From the NCBI GenBank assembly GCA_033442325.1, contig JAWQFM010000028.1, positions 632,712-696,711 on the forward strand: a stretch of 64,000 nt of DNA. Direction: 5' to 3'. This stretch comes from Salpingoeca rosetta. Lineage: Eukaryota > Protista > Choanoflagellata. Positions 44,907 to 64,000 of the stretch are shown one piece after another (positions within the stretch are counted from its first letter, which is position 1; every line of letters begins with the position of its first letter). Under the pieces are notes generated by a model that was not told the DNA's origin, ran no database searches, and saw only the letters and a program-made list of their open reading frames with translations. Both the position numbers and the translations under genes were made by a program.

Positions 44907-45620
44907 GCAGACACAACCGAACACCGCGTGTTTGTGCCGTTGTGTTGTCGTTGATGATGTTGATGTTGGTGATGGTGATGTGTTTGTGCGCGAGAATGTT
45001 GTGTGCGTGTGTGCAGCGTGGTTGCAGTTGGCTTCATGGTGTGGATGTAGAGACTGACGCCCTGTGAAGATTAGAAGAGTGTGTGAGGTAGAGGTTGATG
45101 TACTGTCAGCATGCGTCATGTGTCTGTGGAAAGCCTCGCCCATTCTTGTGTGTTGGTTTGTTGCTGCTATTGCTCTCGCTGATGGATGGTGTGTTGGTTC
45201 GTTGTTCGCCATAAAGCCATCTCTCCAAGTTAGCAAGTACACACGCATTCGTACAACCCAACGTTCATCAACTACCACCAGTGCCGAGACGTGAATGCAC
45301 TCAAGCATACACATACACATGTACATTCATTCGTGTGCGATCTGGTTTGTTGTGGTGCGCGAAGCGACAAAACGTCACGAAGACAGCAAAGAGCACTACC
45401 AATCAACCCTTGTGCCAGAAATGTAACAGTGTCACTGAAGCAATGAGCGCGCATGCGCGCGCTTGTGCGTGTGTGTGTGTGTGTGTGCGTGTGTGTGCAC
45501 GATTTCACAGAATGCCAACAATGTACACAGCGTGCCTGACTATTCACCATCACCATCATCGTCAACACAGTCATCCGCAACATTGTCGTTATCATCAATA
45601 CCATCATCAACACCGATCAA

Positions 45621-46917
45621 TCATTCGAGGAGCAGCGTGGTGGTGGCATTAGTGGCGTTGTGGTGGTGGAGCGCCGAGCGGTTGCACGCGTGTGCGAGGT
45701 TGAGGTCGTCACCGGCGTCGATTGCGTCCAAGATTGTGACAACGAGACTCACCACCAGCACCGCCACGCCAACCACAGCCAACGTCGCAGGCAGGATCTG
45801 CAAGTTGTAAGTTGCCAGGGTAAGAGGGGGGGGGCAGCAGTTTGAGAAGAGGGGGAAGGACGATAGTGGGGGGGGGGAGAGTGAGAGTTGAAACGGAAAC
45901 AATTTACAACACAGGCACAGACAGACAGGCAGGCAGGCAGGCGTGCAGAGAGAGGGAGAGAGGGAGAGACAGACAGGGAGAGAGAGAGAGAGAGACAGAG
46001 AGACAGACACGCAGACACACACACACACACAGACACACAGACGCACAACCACACACACACGCACACACGCACAGACAGACACAGACACACACACACACAA
46101 CCACACACAGACACACGCACGCGTGTAAATTGACACCTTTTGGCGGGTGGGCATGTTTGGTTTGAGTTTGAGGACAAAGAGCGGCGGGAGGATAAAGGAT
46201 ATGGCGATTGAGCCAATGGCACCCGATATGCCAAGCACCACAGACACATCCGCAACCAACTGCAGGGCAGCCACGAGAGACAGGCAGACAGCGCGGGTAA
46301 GACGGTGGGGCTTAGGGGGGGGGGGCGTTAGAATAGAGCAACAACACGAGCGTCAAAGGTTCATCACCCCAACATCACAACACAACACCACAACACATCA
46401 CGACATCAACACCACGTGACAGCATCAAGTTGCCTGACCATGGCGATGGTGTATGCGAGGCCGACGGTGGCGGTCATGATCACGGCGCGGCGCCCGATGC
46501 GAAACGGCCGCTGCTCCGGCGGCGTCGCATCCCCGGCATGGAACAGCATCTCCTCAAGCGTCACGAGGCTGCACGTAGATGGCGTGGAGGTGTGTTGAGG
46601 TGGGGTGTGGGTTGAAAGGAAGGGGGGGGGTTGAGTGTGTGAGGGACATGTCAACGAGGGCGTCAAGCATATACCATAGCATGATATGACTTGTGCATGT
46701 ACAGACACACACACACAGACACACACACACACACATACGCACACGCACGCACGCAAACGCAGACACAGATACCCAACATATATCGAGTGTACTGACCAGG
46801 GGTTCATCATGAGCGGGAATGAGCACAGGACAATGAGGGCAACGCCCACGCGTCCCACCATCACCGCCGTGTCATCAACCTGAATGATGATGATGATGAT
46901 GATGATGGTGATGATGG

Positions 46918-46953
<36 letters not shown>

Positions 46954-47067
46954 CGACGACGATGATGTGACGGTAGCAACAATGATGCCCATCATCATTG
47001 GTGCATGGAATCAGAAGTGAAGATCATGCGCACACAAGATCTTGATTCCCACCGCCACCTGCTCTCA

Positions 47068-47136
<69 letters not shown>

Positions 47137-49052
47137 AAGTCATGCCTCGTAGTTGAGCAGCACGTTCCCCTTGATCTCTTGGAAGAAGGTGAGGTATCCA
47201 AACAGCCCAATCAGAATGTACATCACCATGCACACGCTCAATGCTCCTGTGCGTGCGTGCGTGTGTGTGTGAGGGAGTGCGTGCGTGCGTGCGTGTGTGT
47301 GTGTGTGTATGAGAGATGGAGGGGGCGCAGGCGTAAAAGGACAGCAACACGCAGCGTGAGGTTCAATCCCATTTCTCCAAACACACACACACACACACAC
47401 ACACCAAAACAGGCGCACCGTAGATGACGCGTCTGACGTTGCGGCGAGTCGGCGACTCGAGAGTGGAGAGGAGCGCAAACAGGTTCATCTGGCAGGTGTA
47501 GGCGAGGGTGATGATGGGCATGGCTCGGAAAATGGTTTCCGTGACGTTGATGAAGTTGACGTCTTGGCCGCTGCCTTTGTTGAGCGACTCCCCACTTCGC
47601 ACCACAACGATCACCAGCAAATACGACACCATCGCAATGGCCTGGAACGTCGGATTGTGTTGCATTTGTTGTATGTATGGAGGTTGTGTGTTGTTTCGTG
47701 TGTGTATGTATAGGTGTTGTGTGTTGCATTTGTTGTATGTATGGGGGTTGTGTGTGATGTGGGTGAGTTAGTCAGCTGTTGGGCGAGTCAACATGCAAGA
47801 GCGTGTGCGTGTGCGCACGAGAAAGCAAAGATATTGCACGCCATTGGTTGGTTCTTGGAGTACACACACAGACACACACACACAGATACACACACACACA
47901 CACGCACACATTCACACACAGAGTTGACCACGGCTTACGAGGTACGAGACGTAGCGGAGGGAGTCGATGTGCTTGAACATGCACAGCGGACAGACGACGA
48001 GCAGACTGAGGCTGATGCTGAACCGCCTGTCTGCATATATGCTGCAGAAGTCCTCGTTCGTCCCGCCCATCCACTGGCCTGAATGTGTGTGGAGGCAGCA
48101 CGCCCGGGGGGGGGGAAGAGAACGTTATGCATGTGCATACACTTGTGTACATGTGTGCTTGTGAGGTGTGTTGTGCGAGCATTGCATGCAATCACAAACA
48201 CACACACACACACATACACATACACACGCACACATACATATACACATACACACGCACACACAACACCAAGAGCGAAGCTTACCGATGAGAGGGCTCATCA
48301 TGTCTCCCACAATCACCAGGTACGATGTTGCCGCCCCAAATGTGGCAATCACAAGCGAAATCTGCACCAACAACAACCAACAACAACCAACAACAGCGGG
48401 ATGAACACGATGCAGGCAGCAGGGTGAGCCCGTGTTACAGTCTTGTTGTTGCCATCATCGTGTGCCCTGTCCAGCACTAACATGTGCGGCCACGAGAACC
48501 GAAAGCGTCGAGCGACATGACAACCGAAAGCGGCAAGGGTCCCACCTGCGTGGCGATGATGCCGGGTCTGCCCAGCGCACAACTGGCAATTTCAGAGAAG
48601 GATCGACCTGCCGTACACCAGGTGCGAGTGAATGTGTATTGCATGATGTGAGATGGGGTGGGTGAGGTGGTTGGGGATGTGCATAGGGGTAAAATGACGC
48701 AGAGGGAAACAGTGCAGAGATAATGCAGAGACGACGCAGGGGGGATCCACCATGCAGTCACTTTGACAACACGCTCAAACAGCGCACACGCGCACACCTC
48801 CGCATGCTTTTGAAGCTGAGACGAGGAGCACGCAGGAGTAGACAACCAGGAAGTACACGGACACCAACAGCACAGGCCCGATGATGACGCCTGCAACAGC
48901 ATTGAAAACGAAGCGGTGGGCGCGAGGAAGCAGCAGGACAACAGTCAACACAGGCAGGACGAAGCACCAGGTCAGTGGCTTGCATAAGACAGACGGTAGA
49001 ATGCCGGTGAGCGCAAGCCAAGCGACAGGACAACGCCGATCGATCGGTCACC

Positions 49053-49139
<87 letters not shown>

Positions 49140-49252
49140 CTACNNNNNNNNNNNNNNNNNNNNNNNNNNNNNNNNNNNNNNNNNNNNNNNNNNNNNNNNN
49201 NNNNNNNNNNNNNNNNNNNNNNNNNNNNNNNNNNNNNNNNNNNCCACCACCA

Positions 49253-49324
<72 letters not shown>

Positions 49325-49951
49325 ATACCTGTGTTTTTGAAGGCAAAGGGTAATGACAAAACGCCGGCTCCAATGACTGCACAGCAGGACACACAATACG
49401 TGGTGAGTGGCATTACAATTGCATCATCAGGTGCTTCGTTAAGCAAATCAATAAGCAGCCACCTTCCTTCCCACAACAACACAACACAACACAACACAAC
49501 ACAACACGCCTTGAGCAGGGTACGCACTGGTGTTTGTGAGGTTGAAGATGGCGGATGGAATCGAGGTGGTGTTTGTGTCCCTGCTGATGAGGGGAAACTC
49601 CAACTGATCGTCATCATCTGTGCTGCTCTCCCCAACAACAGACCCTGCCAACGCAAGCAGGCAGCACAAAACAAAACAATCCACACAACAACAACAAGTG
49701 AGGTGATGTGATTGATTGTTGTTTGTTGTTGTTCGTTGTTGTTTGTTGTAGTTGTAGTTTGTTGTGGTTTGTGAGCAGTCTCAAACATTGTCGTTGCCAC
49801 TATTCTAGTGGTAACGGTGGAATCGAATATGCAGCGTTCGTCAACCCATCCCCATCGCACACGTCAAGTAAGCCTCACCGTAGGTCTTGGGCTCCGTTGG
49901 CACCAGCTGAAACGCCTCGTCCCCCGCCCGCTCCACCACCTGGTAGGACAT
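45621..49951 (-). CDS. SLC38/AVT-type amino acid transporter (Aa_trans family), multi-exon, spans a gap
   Basis: SIPSAIFNLTNT|VIGAGVLSLPFAFKNTG, ATFGAATSYLVIVGDMM, IFRAMPIITLAYTCQMNLF, GLFGYLTFFQEIKGNVLLNY, SFPLMMNP and GAIGSIAISFILPPLF; many TM helices. Confidence 0.92.
49144..49243. other. Scaffold gap (100 N)
   Basis: Run of N between (CA)n tracts within a transporter intron. Confidence 0.99.
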
Positions 49952-50748
49952 CGCAAGCAGCAGCGTTGTTGTCGAGTTCTGGCGCAGAGGGCTGGTCACG
50001 ACAGGATAAAACGCACAAGCAAGTCCTTCCAGCAAAATCCCTTCGAATCCTGATCCAAAATAAAAAAAATTGTTCTTGGTTTGTGTGACGTTGCGGTTGT
50101 TTGTGTTTGGATTTCTCTCCTCTTTCTCGCATCTTTGGTCCACTCTCCCTTCAGCAACGACCTTCCCAACAACAGTCACCATCATCATCAGCAGCAGAGC
50201 ACGGGAACAAAAAAGGTACAGTCAGCCGGCGTCTCTTCTGTGCTGGACTCTTGGCTTGTTGGTTGGTTGTTGGAGATTGTCGTTGCTGGCGAGGAAGCAA
50301 GCGAGGGAGTAGCCGCGCTTCTTGTCTCTTTTTGGGATGTCTGCTCTCATCCCTGCAAGCATTTTGCAACGACACACTTGCGTTCCACATTCACTGTGTC
50401 ATTTGTGTGTGTCCATGCATGGTTCATTTTCCTCCAGCCACGACAACACGTACCAGCACAAAGCAGAAAGGACAACAAAGGCAACCTCCAAGCAAGCAAG
50501 CAAGCAAGCAAGCAAACAAGAAGGAATCGAAGGGACCCAGTGCACCAGAGCGTACAACGGCGCCATGTCAGACGAGGTACGCGCCGTCAGATGATGCATG
50601 CTGTGAAACGGAGATACATGTAGTTTGTGTGCTGGTGGAGGGGGATTGGGTGCGTTTCCGCTCATATGATGCTGCTCTTTATCCGACACCTTCATGCTCA
50701 CAAACTTTTCTATCGCCTCACACACTCGAGCACACACACACACACGCG

Positions 50749-50788
<40 letters not shown>

Positions 50789-51012
50789 TATAATCTCTCT
50801 CTCTCTCTCGTGCACACATGCACACACACCTACTCACACACATGAATGCACACGCCATGCAGTCGTCTGGGTGCTGGAACTTTGTGTTTGCGCGACGCGC
50901 AAGGCGAACAAGGCGCCAGCAGCAGCAACGCCGCCGCCACCACGCACCATCTTCCCGCCAACCGCAACCACCCCAGCAAGATCAGCAGCGCAGCCGCAGC
51001 AATGTGTCCTTG

Positions 51013-56396
<5,384 letters not shown>

Positions 56397-56681
56397 GCCA
56401 CGATGGATGATGATGGATGGACGGATGTGATGATGGATGGTGGTGGTGATGACTGTTATTTCGAGGTGATTATTCGATCGGGTGTGCGTGTGTTTGCAAG
56501 TGTGCTTTGTAGTTATGTTAACGGCGTTGGTCTTTCTCTTTGCAGCCATTGTGCGCCTTTGTCTTCTCTATTCGAACAGCAGTAAACGGATAGTTCTTGC
56601 GAGCACACAAGAACGCAGCGCACTTTCGTTGTCCAACACACACACGCAGACACACACACACACATGCAACGGGGCGGTATC

Positions 56682-57883
56682 TCAGCGCCTGCGATCCGCG
56701 TGCCGTTTGTACCGCTCAAGTTCCTGTTGACAAAGCCACGAAAATGCAACAGCTGCGTGAGCATGCTCTTGAGACATCGAACAATGTTCGTCGACCCTCG
56801 CACCCATTTCAACACCCTTGCTTGCATGCATGAAATATTGCTTGCAGGGACACCTGCATCTTTCGCTGCCTCGCTTCGTCAATGGCCGGCTCTTTGTATC
56901 GCGTGTCCTGCGCAGGGTCCGTCTTGTCATCCGCCTATTTCGAATCGTGTGTTGTATGTGTATGTGCGTGTGTGTGTGAACGCGCGTTCGCTTGGGTCGA
57001 CACACAGACAGACAACCCCATCGTCAAGCAAACACATATCCGCTCGTCAAACATTACCCCCCCCCCCACACACACACACACTCCATGCACAAACACACAC
57101 ACACGCGCGCGCGCGCACCACCTCCCATCCCACTCGTCGCGCGAATCACCTCTGGCCTGTCCATGTCCACGCCGTCCTGTGGAAATATCTCCGTAAACGC
57201 GCCCTTCCACAGCCCAAGCGGTGTCCTGCGCAGCGGGCACGTTTACGTTTGGTGCGGGCGTGGTGTGTTGTAATGTGTATTGTAACGTGTACATGTGTGT
57301 GTTGTGAGAGAGCTCGCGTGAGGAGGGAATTGCTGAAATGTAGAGCGCGTGACACGTGCGTCATTCAGACAGGGACTGGCGCGAGTACAGGCGTGCACAG
57401 CGTGCACAACCAACTGGTATATGTGATCACCTGGCTGACAGCGCTGCCTGGCCGGCTGCCTGTGGTGGTGCTCCTGCCAATCGCAGCAGCCGCAGGTGGG
57501 GAGCAGAAAAGGAAGGGGATGTGAGAAGAGGAAATGGTTGTTGATGGTAATGAAGGTGGTGGTGGCGGTGGTGGTAGCATAGGCGCGAAGCACAACAACA
57601 GCGAGATAAACACACACACGGCTTCAGGGCAACCAGAAGACCAACGAAGCAGCAAACCCCCTTCCCCAAACACCCCCACCCCACGAGGTTCTGAGCACAG
57701 AACGTCTCATTGGCATGACGCCCTTCGTTACCGATGCTCTCGAGCGAGTCTGCGCCAACGGGGATGAGGAGCGGTTTGTTGTGGTCAAAGTGCGCCGACC
57801 GCCTGGTGCACCATGTGATGGCGGTGATGGGGTAACGGTGGTGGTGGTGATCGTGAGGTTTGCACATGACGAACACACGCACG

Positions 57884-57922
<39 letters not shown>

Positions 57923-59084
57923 CAACTCACTCACTCACACACACACGACTTACACACACACACACACACGACACACACACAACTTACACATTGAATGGGA
58001 TCTTGAATGCAAAGTTTGCGAGCTGTGCCCGACAGCGAACCATCAAGCTCTCCTCCTTTGGTGATAACGCACCAGTTGCAACGAACACAAAAACACGATA
58101 GGGTGGCGAGCAGTTGAGGTGTGGCAGTGCATGCTTAGGGGGCAGGGGGCATAACACCAGCACGCAGACGACGAGAAACGACGACCACCGCCACACCCGC
58201 TCTTCTTTCAATACCAATCAACCCGTCACCACCACCACCACCACCACCACCACCATCACCACCACCATCACCACCACCATCACCACCATCACCACCATGA
58301 GGACCTGGCTGGTGAAGATGAGAGAACCGCCGTGGAAATGGGCGAGGAAGCGGAGGGTTCGCGCAATGGTCTTGCGTCGCTCGGAGTCAAAGTTCTTTGC
58401 ACCACCAATTGGCGAAGAGAGGAGGGGGATGGCACGATCAACACGGTGCATTGGAACGTGCATGAAGCAAACGTGTATATGCACACGCACACTTTCACGT
58501 GCCGACACACACGCACACACATGTACAAATACGCAACTACATACACGCATTTACAAACGCACCTGGAAGACGTCGTATTTGGTGCCGACGATGAGGAGCG
58601 GAACGAGCAGTGGCTGAATCATGGGCAGATCCTAAAGTCAACCGCAACACACACACACACACGCACGCACACATGTACACACACACACACACATGTACGC
58701 GGTGAGAGATGGGTTGGAAGGTGGTGACACACGTGTGTATGGGTTGAGGTGAGGGTGCTTTTTCGCTGTGGTCTCTGTTGGACAAGTGAACGATGCAGAC
58801 ACAATACAAGGGTGATGTGCTGCTCATATTCCACATCGCACATGACGATGACACATTTGCATGACAGCACCAACGAACCGGGTGATCGTCGCCGTATCTG
58901 CTCACGGACTTCTTCTTCAGATACGCAGGCAGCCTGAGCACACACATGCACACATGCACACATGTGCATGTGTGGATGATGGCGCAGCGTGAAGATGGGC
59001 AGCGAGGGGCACGGCATCACATCGTTAAGGTCGAGGAGTCCACGCCACAAGGCAGCACAAACACAACCGACAACAACAACCATT

Positions 59085-59141
<57 letters not shown>

Positions 59142-59371
59142 TTCATCTTCATCTTCATCATCATCATCATCACCACCACCACTACGCACTTTGACTCTCG
59201 GCGATTGAGGTCGTCAATGACTTTGTCGATGCGCCGGCGCACGCTCGACAGCAGCGCCTCCGATGTCGTCCATAGCTGCTGAGGCTGACTCAGGTCAACC
59301 ACAAGCACTACACACAGCGACCTGCGGCATTGAGACAAGGGGGGGGGGGGTGCGTATGGTCAAGTGAGTGC

Positions 59372-59442
<71 letters not shown>

Positions 59443-60064
59443 TGTTTTTTTGTACATATCTTGCTCCAAAACCAACTCTCCCCTTCCCATTCTCCACTCC
59501 CTTCCCTTGCACCCTGCATCTCGACCTAATTGAGTGTGGGTGCCTTGATGGGCGGGTCGACAAGATTCCCCGGGGAGGGGCGGGCCGCGAGCTCCCAGAA
59601 ATGTGGCGACATGCTTCCCTGCGGGGATATAGAGGGTGGAATGGGGGGAAGAAAAAAAAAAAGAAGAATGAAGCGATTCTCCTACCTAATACGCTGAGAC
59701 ACAGACACATCAGAGGCAGAGGGGTGCGGAGCCCGTTTGATTGCAGTCTATCGGACGCGGCAGCAAAAGAGAGAGGGGCGTTAAGACAGAGAGAGCACGA
59801 AGCGAAGAGCGGGGGGCTTACTCGCGAGCTAGCCGCTCACTCTCGCCTGCCTGCGGGGGTGAGGAGGAGGTGAGGAGAGAGCAGAGAGCATGGAAGGAGG
59901 GTTCGAGGGAAAGAGGTGTGGATAGAGGCAGAACTGGGGTGGAGGGAACCGGCATGCCGGACGGNNNNNNNNNNNNNNNNNNNNNNNNNNNNNNNNNNNN
60001 NNNNNNNNNNNNNNNNNNNNNNNNNNNNNNNNNNNNNNNNNNNNNNNNNNNNNNNNNNNNNNNN

Positions 60065-60155
<91 letters not shown>

Positions 60156-61140
60156 ACCAGGTCGTGGCCTCGTGCGCGGCGGCCGAATGTGTATTCCAGA
60201 GCGACAGTTGGCTTTGGGGCCACTTCCCGGTCCAGAAACCGCAGGATCATTGTGCTCTTGCCCTACCATTTGCAGTTTGAATGAAAACTGGTGAGCGAGC
60301 AGCGCGATGCAACAGACAGACAGACAGACAGACAGACTGACTGAGAGAGAGAGAGCGACATGCAGACAGTTGTGTGGTGCGTGCATGCGTGTGACGGTGC
60401 TATGATAGTTGGTCACAGTGCAGTAGTGTTGATGAATGGACCAGATGCATGGCCACAACATACCCCTGATTGGCTGCCCACGAAGAGCACAGTGCGTTCC
60501 TCTGCAACCAAATGAATGGTGGCAGGCAACGTGAGCGCACACAATAGCTAAAACAGATGCAACCACTTGCGCACACACACACACACACAAAAGCACGCAC
60601 ACACACACACACACACACAAAGCACGCACACACACACACACACACGCACACACACATGCACACACACACACAAAACGCACGCACGCACACACACACACGC
60701 ACCTGCATCTTTTGCCTTTTCACGCGCAGCTTGGTGCTGCGCAATCTTCCACAAATCCTTTGCAGACGAGGACGCCGACGACGATTGTGTTGCGGTGCCT
60801 GTGCTGGATGACGAGCTCTTGCTCTTCCTCTGTTGCCTTTGTTGTTGTTGTGGCTGTTGATCCGGCCGTGCCGGCAATCGTCTTGCAAGCACGCACATCA
60901 ACAAAACACAAGGAGCAACTGCGTGAGTCCAGTACTTGCTCACTGCATGTCCTGCAGAGAGAGAGAGAGCCAGGCAGAGAGACAGAGAGAGACAGAGAGA
61001 GGCAGAGAGAGGCAGAGAGAGGCAGAGAGAGGCAGAGAGAGACAGAGAGAGGCACACACACACACAGACACACACACACAGACACACACACACAGACACA
61101 CACACACACACCTCTGTGCGCTGGTTGGTCGGTCAGTCAT
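56682..61140 (-). CDS. DYNC2LI1: Cytoplasmic dynein 2 light intermediate chain 1 (IFT dynein), multi-exon, spans a gap
   Basis: KDLWKIA; P-loop [10 protein letters not shown]|[29 protein letters not shown]; VLVVDLSQP; [13 protein letters not shown]|[29 protein letters not shown]; [14 protein letters not shown]; [11 protein letters not shown]..|ELERYKR. Confidence 0.93.
59965..60064. other. Scaffold gap (100 N)
   Basis: Run of N in a DYNC2LI1 intron. Confidence 0.99.
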
Positions 61141-61180
61141 CTTCCTGCTGGCTTCACTTCTTGTTTGCTTGCTTGTGTGT

Positions 61181-61193
61181 TTCGCCTGGTAAC
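61181..61193. promoter_or_regulatory. RFX X-box-like motif upstream of DYNC2LI1
   Basis: TTCGCCTGGTAAC is one mismatch from the GTNRCC-N(0-3)-RGYAAC consensus and lies ~40-55 bp upstream of the DYNC2LI1 ATG (61140). Confidence 0.55.
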
Positions 61194-61295
61194 CGCCGCC
61201 GTGTATGATTTGGATGTTTTTCTGTGTCGCATTGTCGCAGTGTCGCCTACTGTCGCAAACGCGCCAACCGCAACACGTTCACGTTCAGACGCAAG

Positions 61296-62729
61296 ATGAG
61301 CAGTGTGGACAGTGCGATGGCGCTGAGCCTCTTCAAGCGCGCCCTCAAGGCAAACCCGTGAGTACATATTAGGATGCGTGACATGATGCTCTTGCACAGG
61401 AACAGCACGCAGCTGTTGTCACCTTGTGCGTAACCACACACCTCTTCCATTCGTGTGTCACTGCGTTCCATCACAGGTCTGCGACAGTGAAGGAGCTGCG
61501 GCACATTTACTGCAAGGATGTTGGGTGAGTGTGTTCGTGTGAGTGTGTTCGTGTGTGCGCGCGCGCCATATCCCGTGTCTCCTGTTTTGCTTGTCTCGCT
61601 TGCGCAGCAACCTCTGTCTCAACGCTTTTTCTTGTACGCACTGCAGGCAGGATGAGGGATCTTTGTCGCCACAAGTGCGCAAGGAACTCAAGACGCTGAT
61701 GATTGAGGCCGCGTCCGCAATGGAGGACGAGCAAGAAGGTGGCCAGGAGGAAGAGCACGCGGACGCAAAACAAGGCGATGATGGCGAGGAGCATGACGGA
61801 GATGCAGGCAGTGAGAAGAACGGGGCAGGCCAACAGAGAGACGTGTCACCGTCCCCACCGGATTCGCCAGTGACGAAGCAGAAGCCGCAGACAAAGGGCA
61901 AGGCTGAGGTGGACCTGAGCGATTCCGACTTTGACAGTGACCAACCCGAGGAGGAGGAGGAGACGCGCAGTCGCAGGCGCAGCAGCGCGAAGGCCAAGAA
62001 GCAGCCAGCCGTCAAAGCAGCAAAGACATCAGCGGCCAAGAAGACCCGCCACATCGACAGCGACAGCGACGGCGCTGGAAGTGGTGAAGATGATGATGAT
62101 GATGGTGAGAGGAAGGAGAGTGACAGTGATAGCGATGACGAAGAAGACACGCCATCCTCGTCCTCAAAGACAAAGACCAAGAAGCAGAAGACCAAGCAGT
62201 CTGCCAAGAGCGAGTCTGACGCGGTGAAATCGTATCGCAAGATGGTCTGGAAGTGTGGTATTCGTCCAAAGTACAGCCAGCTCTTCACGCCAGGTGTGTG
62301 TGTGTGTGAAAGTGAGTGTGTGTGTGTGTGATTGTGTGTGAGAGTGTGTGTGTGATTGTGTGTTTGAGTGTGTGTATGTGTGTGTGAAGGTGAGTGGGTG
62401 TACACTTGTGTGTGCAAGTGCGCGCACAATTTGAGCTGACGGCTGGTGTTCCTGCCGCTTTGTCGTGCCACTCCACCTCAATCATCACCCTTATTGCCTG
62501 CAGGCATGAGTGACGGTCGCAAGGTGTCGAAGCTGCGCAAACTCATCAAGGAGTTCTTTGACAAGATTGGTTTCAAGGGCAACATCACGCTGTCAAACTG
62601 CGAGGTGGCGTCTGCTTGTGTGGGGGCGGGGACCTGTTGTGCGTCTTGCTGACTTGTGTACGTGCTCGCTGACACTTGCGAGCTCGCTTACACTTGCGAG
62701 CTCGCTTACACACACACACACACACTTAC

Positions 62730-62765
<36 letters not shown>

Positions 62766-63620
62766 TAACACACACACACACACTTACTAACACACACACA
62801 CACACAGCGGGCCAAGGAGCGCTACGATGAGCAGCGCGAGCTGGACGAGCTCGACGTATCCAACATCATCCAAGATGAGGGCGGGCGGCGGCCGCGGCGG
62901 GCAGCGAGCAGAGCAGCCCGCAAAAACGTGCAGCAGACATTGCGCCAACAGGAGGCGTATTTCGACGACGAGGAGGAGGAGGAGGAGGACAGGGTGGCGT
63001 GGTCGGGCCGCCGTGGTGGTCGCAGGGGGAAGAAGGCCAAGAGTGGCGATGGTGATGGTGATGGTAGCAGTGGTGGTGATAGCGACGATGATGGTGGGAG
63101 TGAGGAGGGGGTGGAGAGTGATGATGAGGAGGAAGAGGAAAAGAAGGGCAAGAAGGCAAAGAGTAAGAAAGCAGCGGTGGACAGGCGAACGAAGAAGATG
63201 GTGGCGGCTGTGAGTGGCAGTGACAGCGACAGCGACGATGGTGTTGAGCAGGGCGAAGCACAGAAGAAGCGAGGCGCCAAAACAAATGGTGCTGGTGCTG
63301 GTGACGGTGAGGAGGAGGAGGAGGGTGAGTCGCCCACGAAGCGAGCCAAGACGACGCCTGGGGTGCGACGCATGCTGGAGAGCAGCGAAGATGAAGACGA
63401 AGACGAAGATGAAGATGAAGACGAAGATGAAGATGAAGATGAGAAGGAGGTGGAGGAGGGGAAGGAGAAGGCCAAGAAGAAGGAGGAGGAGGAACAAGAG
63501 AAGGGAGGCAGCGATGATGATGGTGATGAAGAGGAGGACGAGTATGAAGCGGTGGAAGAGGAGGAAGACAGTGACGATGAGGGCGATGACAGCGACTTTG
63601 ACCCAGCGGAGTATGAGTAA
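61296..63620 (+). CDS. HIRIP3-like / CHZ-domain acidic histone chaperone, 5 exons
   Basis: Acidic/Lys-rich protein with AVKSYRKMVWKCGIRPKYSQLF..KVSKLRKLIKEFFDKIGFKGNITLSNCE|RAKERYDEQRELDELDVSNIIQDEGGRRPRRAA. This matches the HIRIP3 C-terminal pattern (G.KG.P.LE.C; LD.SNII..GR..R). Confidence 0.75.
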
Positions 63621-63709
63621 ACGAACGCACATGGGGCGGGGAATGTAACAAAGAGAAGACAGAGAAGAGGGGGGGGGGTGGTGGAAGAGAAGGAAGAGGG
63701 TAGGCGCAG

Positions 63710-63788
<79 letters not shown>

Positions 63789-64000
63789 GTGTCACACTCG
63801 GAGAGGGTCACACTGAGAACGTGGGTGAAGTTTGTTTTTCTTTTTTTGCTTCGGGTTTTCTCTTTGTTTTGGACATACACAGAAGAGAAGGGGAGTTGAG
63901 GGTTTGGTGTGTACTTCGTTTGGTGTGGGTGGCCCCTCCGTGGGACTTTAAGTTTCCCTTTGTTGGGGTGATGTACCTTGTTTGTGTGGGGGGGGTACCG

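Noticed and set aside
62674-62712. Tandem ACTTGCGAGCTCGCTTAC units with an internal palindrome
   Set aside because: A two-copy local duplication in an intron with no other support for function.

Overview
Intron-rich eukaryotic genomic DNA with GC-rich exons, introns packed with (TG)n/(CA)n microsatellites, and four 100-N scaffold gaps. The style strongly suggests a choanoflagellate, probably Salpingoeca rosetta (inference). Most ORFs in the supplied track are microsatellite artefacts (CVCV/HTHT). Splicing exons by hand gives about 17 genes: sulfatase (partial, -), ING PHD-finger (-), an intronless degenerate HD-like protein (+), EEP phosphatase (-), MED18 (+), a small single-TM mitochondrial-type protein (-), an RA-domain protein (-), mRNA capping enzyme RNGTT (+), a stand-alone CAP_C-like protein (-), a mitochondrion-targeted protein with T7 gp2.5/giant-virus SSB-like motifs (-), a large orphan (+), PHF5A (-), prefoldin 1 (+), an SLC38-type transporter (-), a HECT E3 ligase (+), DYNC2LI1 (-) and a HIRIP3-like protein (+). 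The best leads are two compositionally alien islands (531-1005 and 18065-18295), the intronless cyanobacterial-type HD-like gene, the viral-type SSB candidate, the polarised TG-to-CA intron architecture with (CA)n acceptors, an X-box-like site upstream of the ciliary dynein gene, and a 13-bp inverted repeat in the PHF5A/PFDN1 promoter. All family assignments come from recognising motifs by eye, not from database searches. Gene spans include introns, and some start codons are uncertain.
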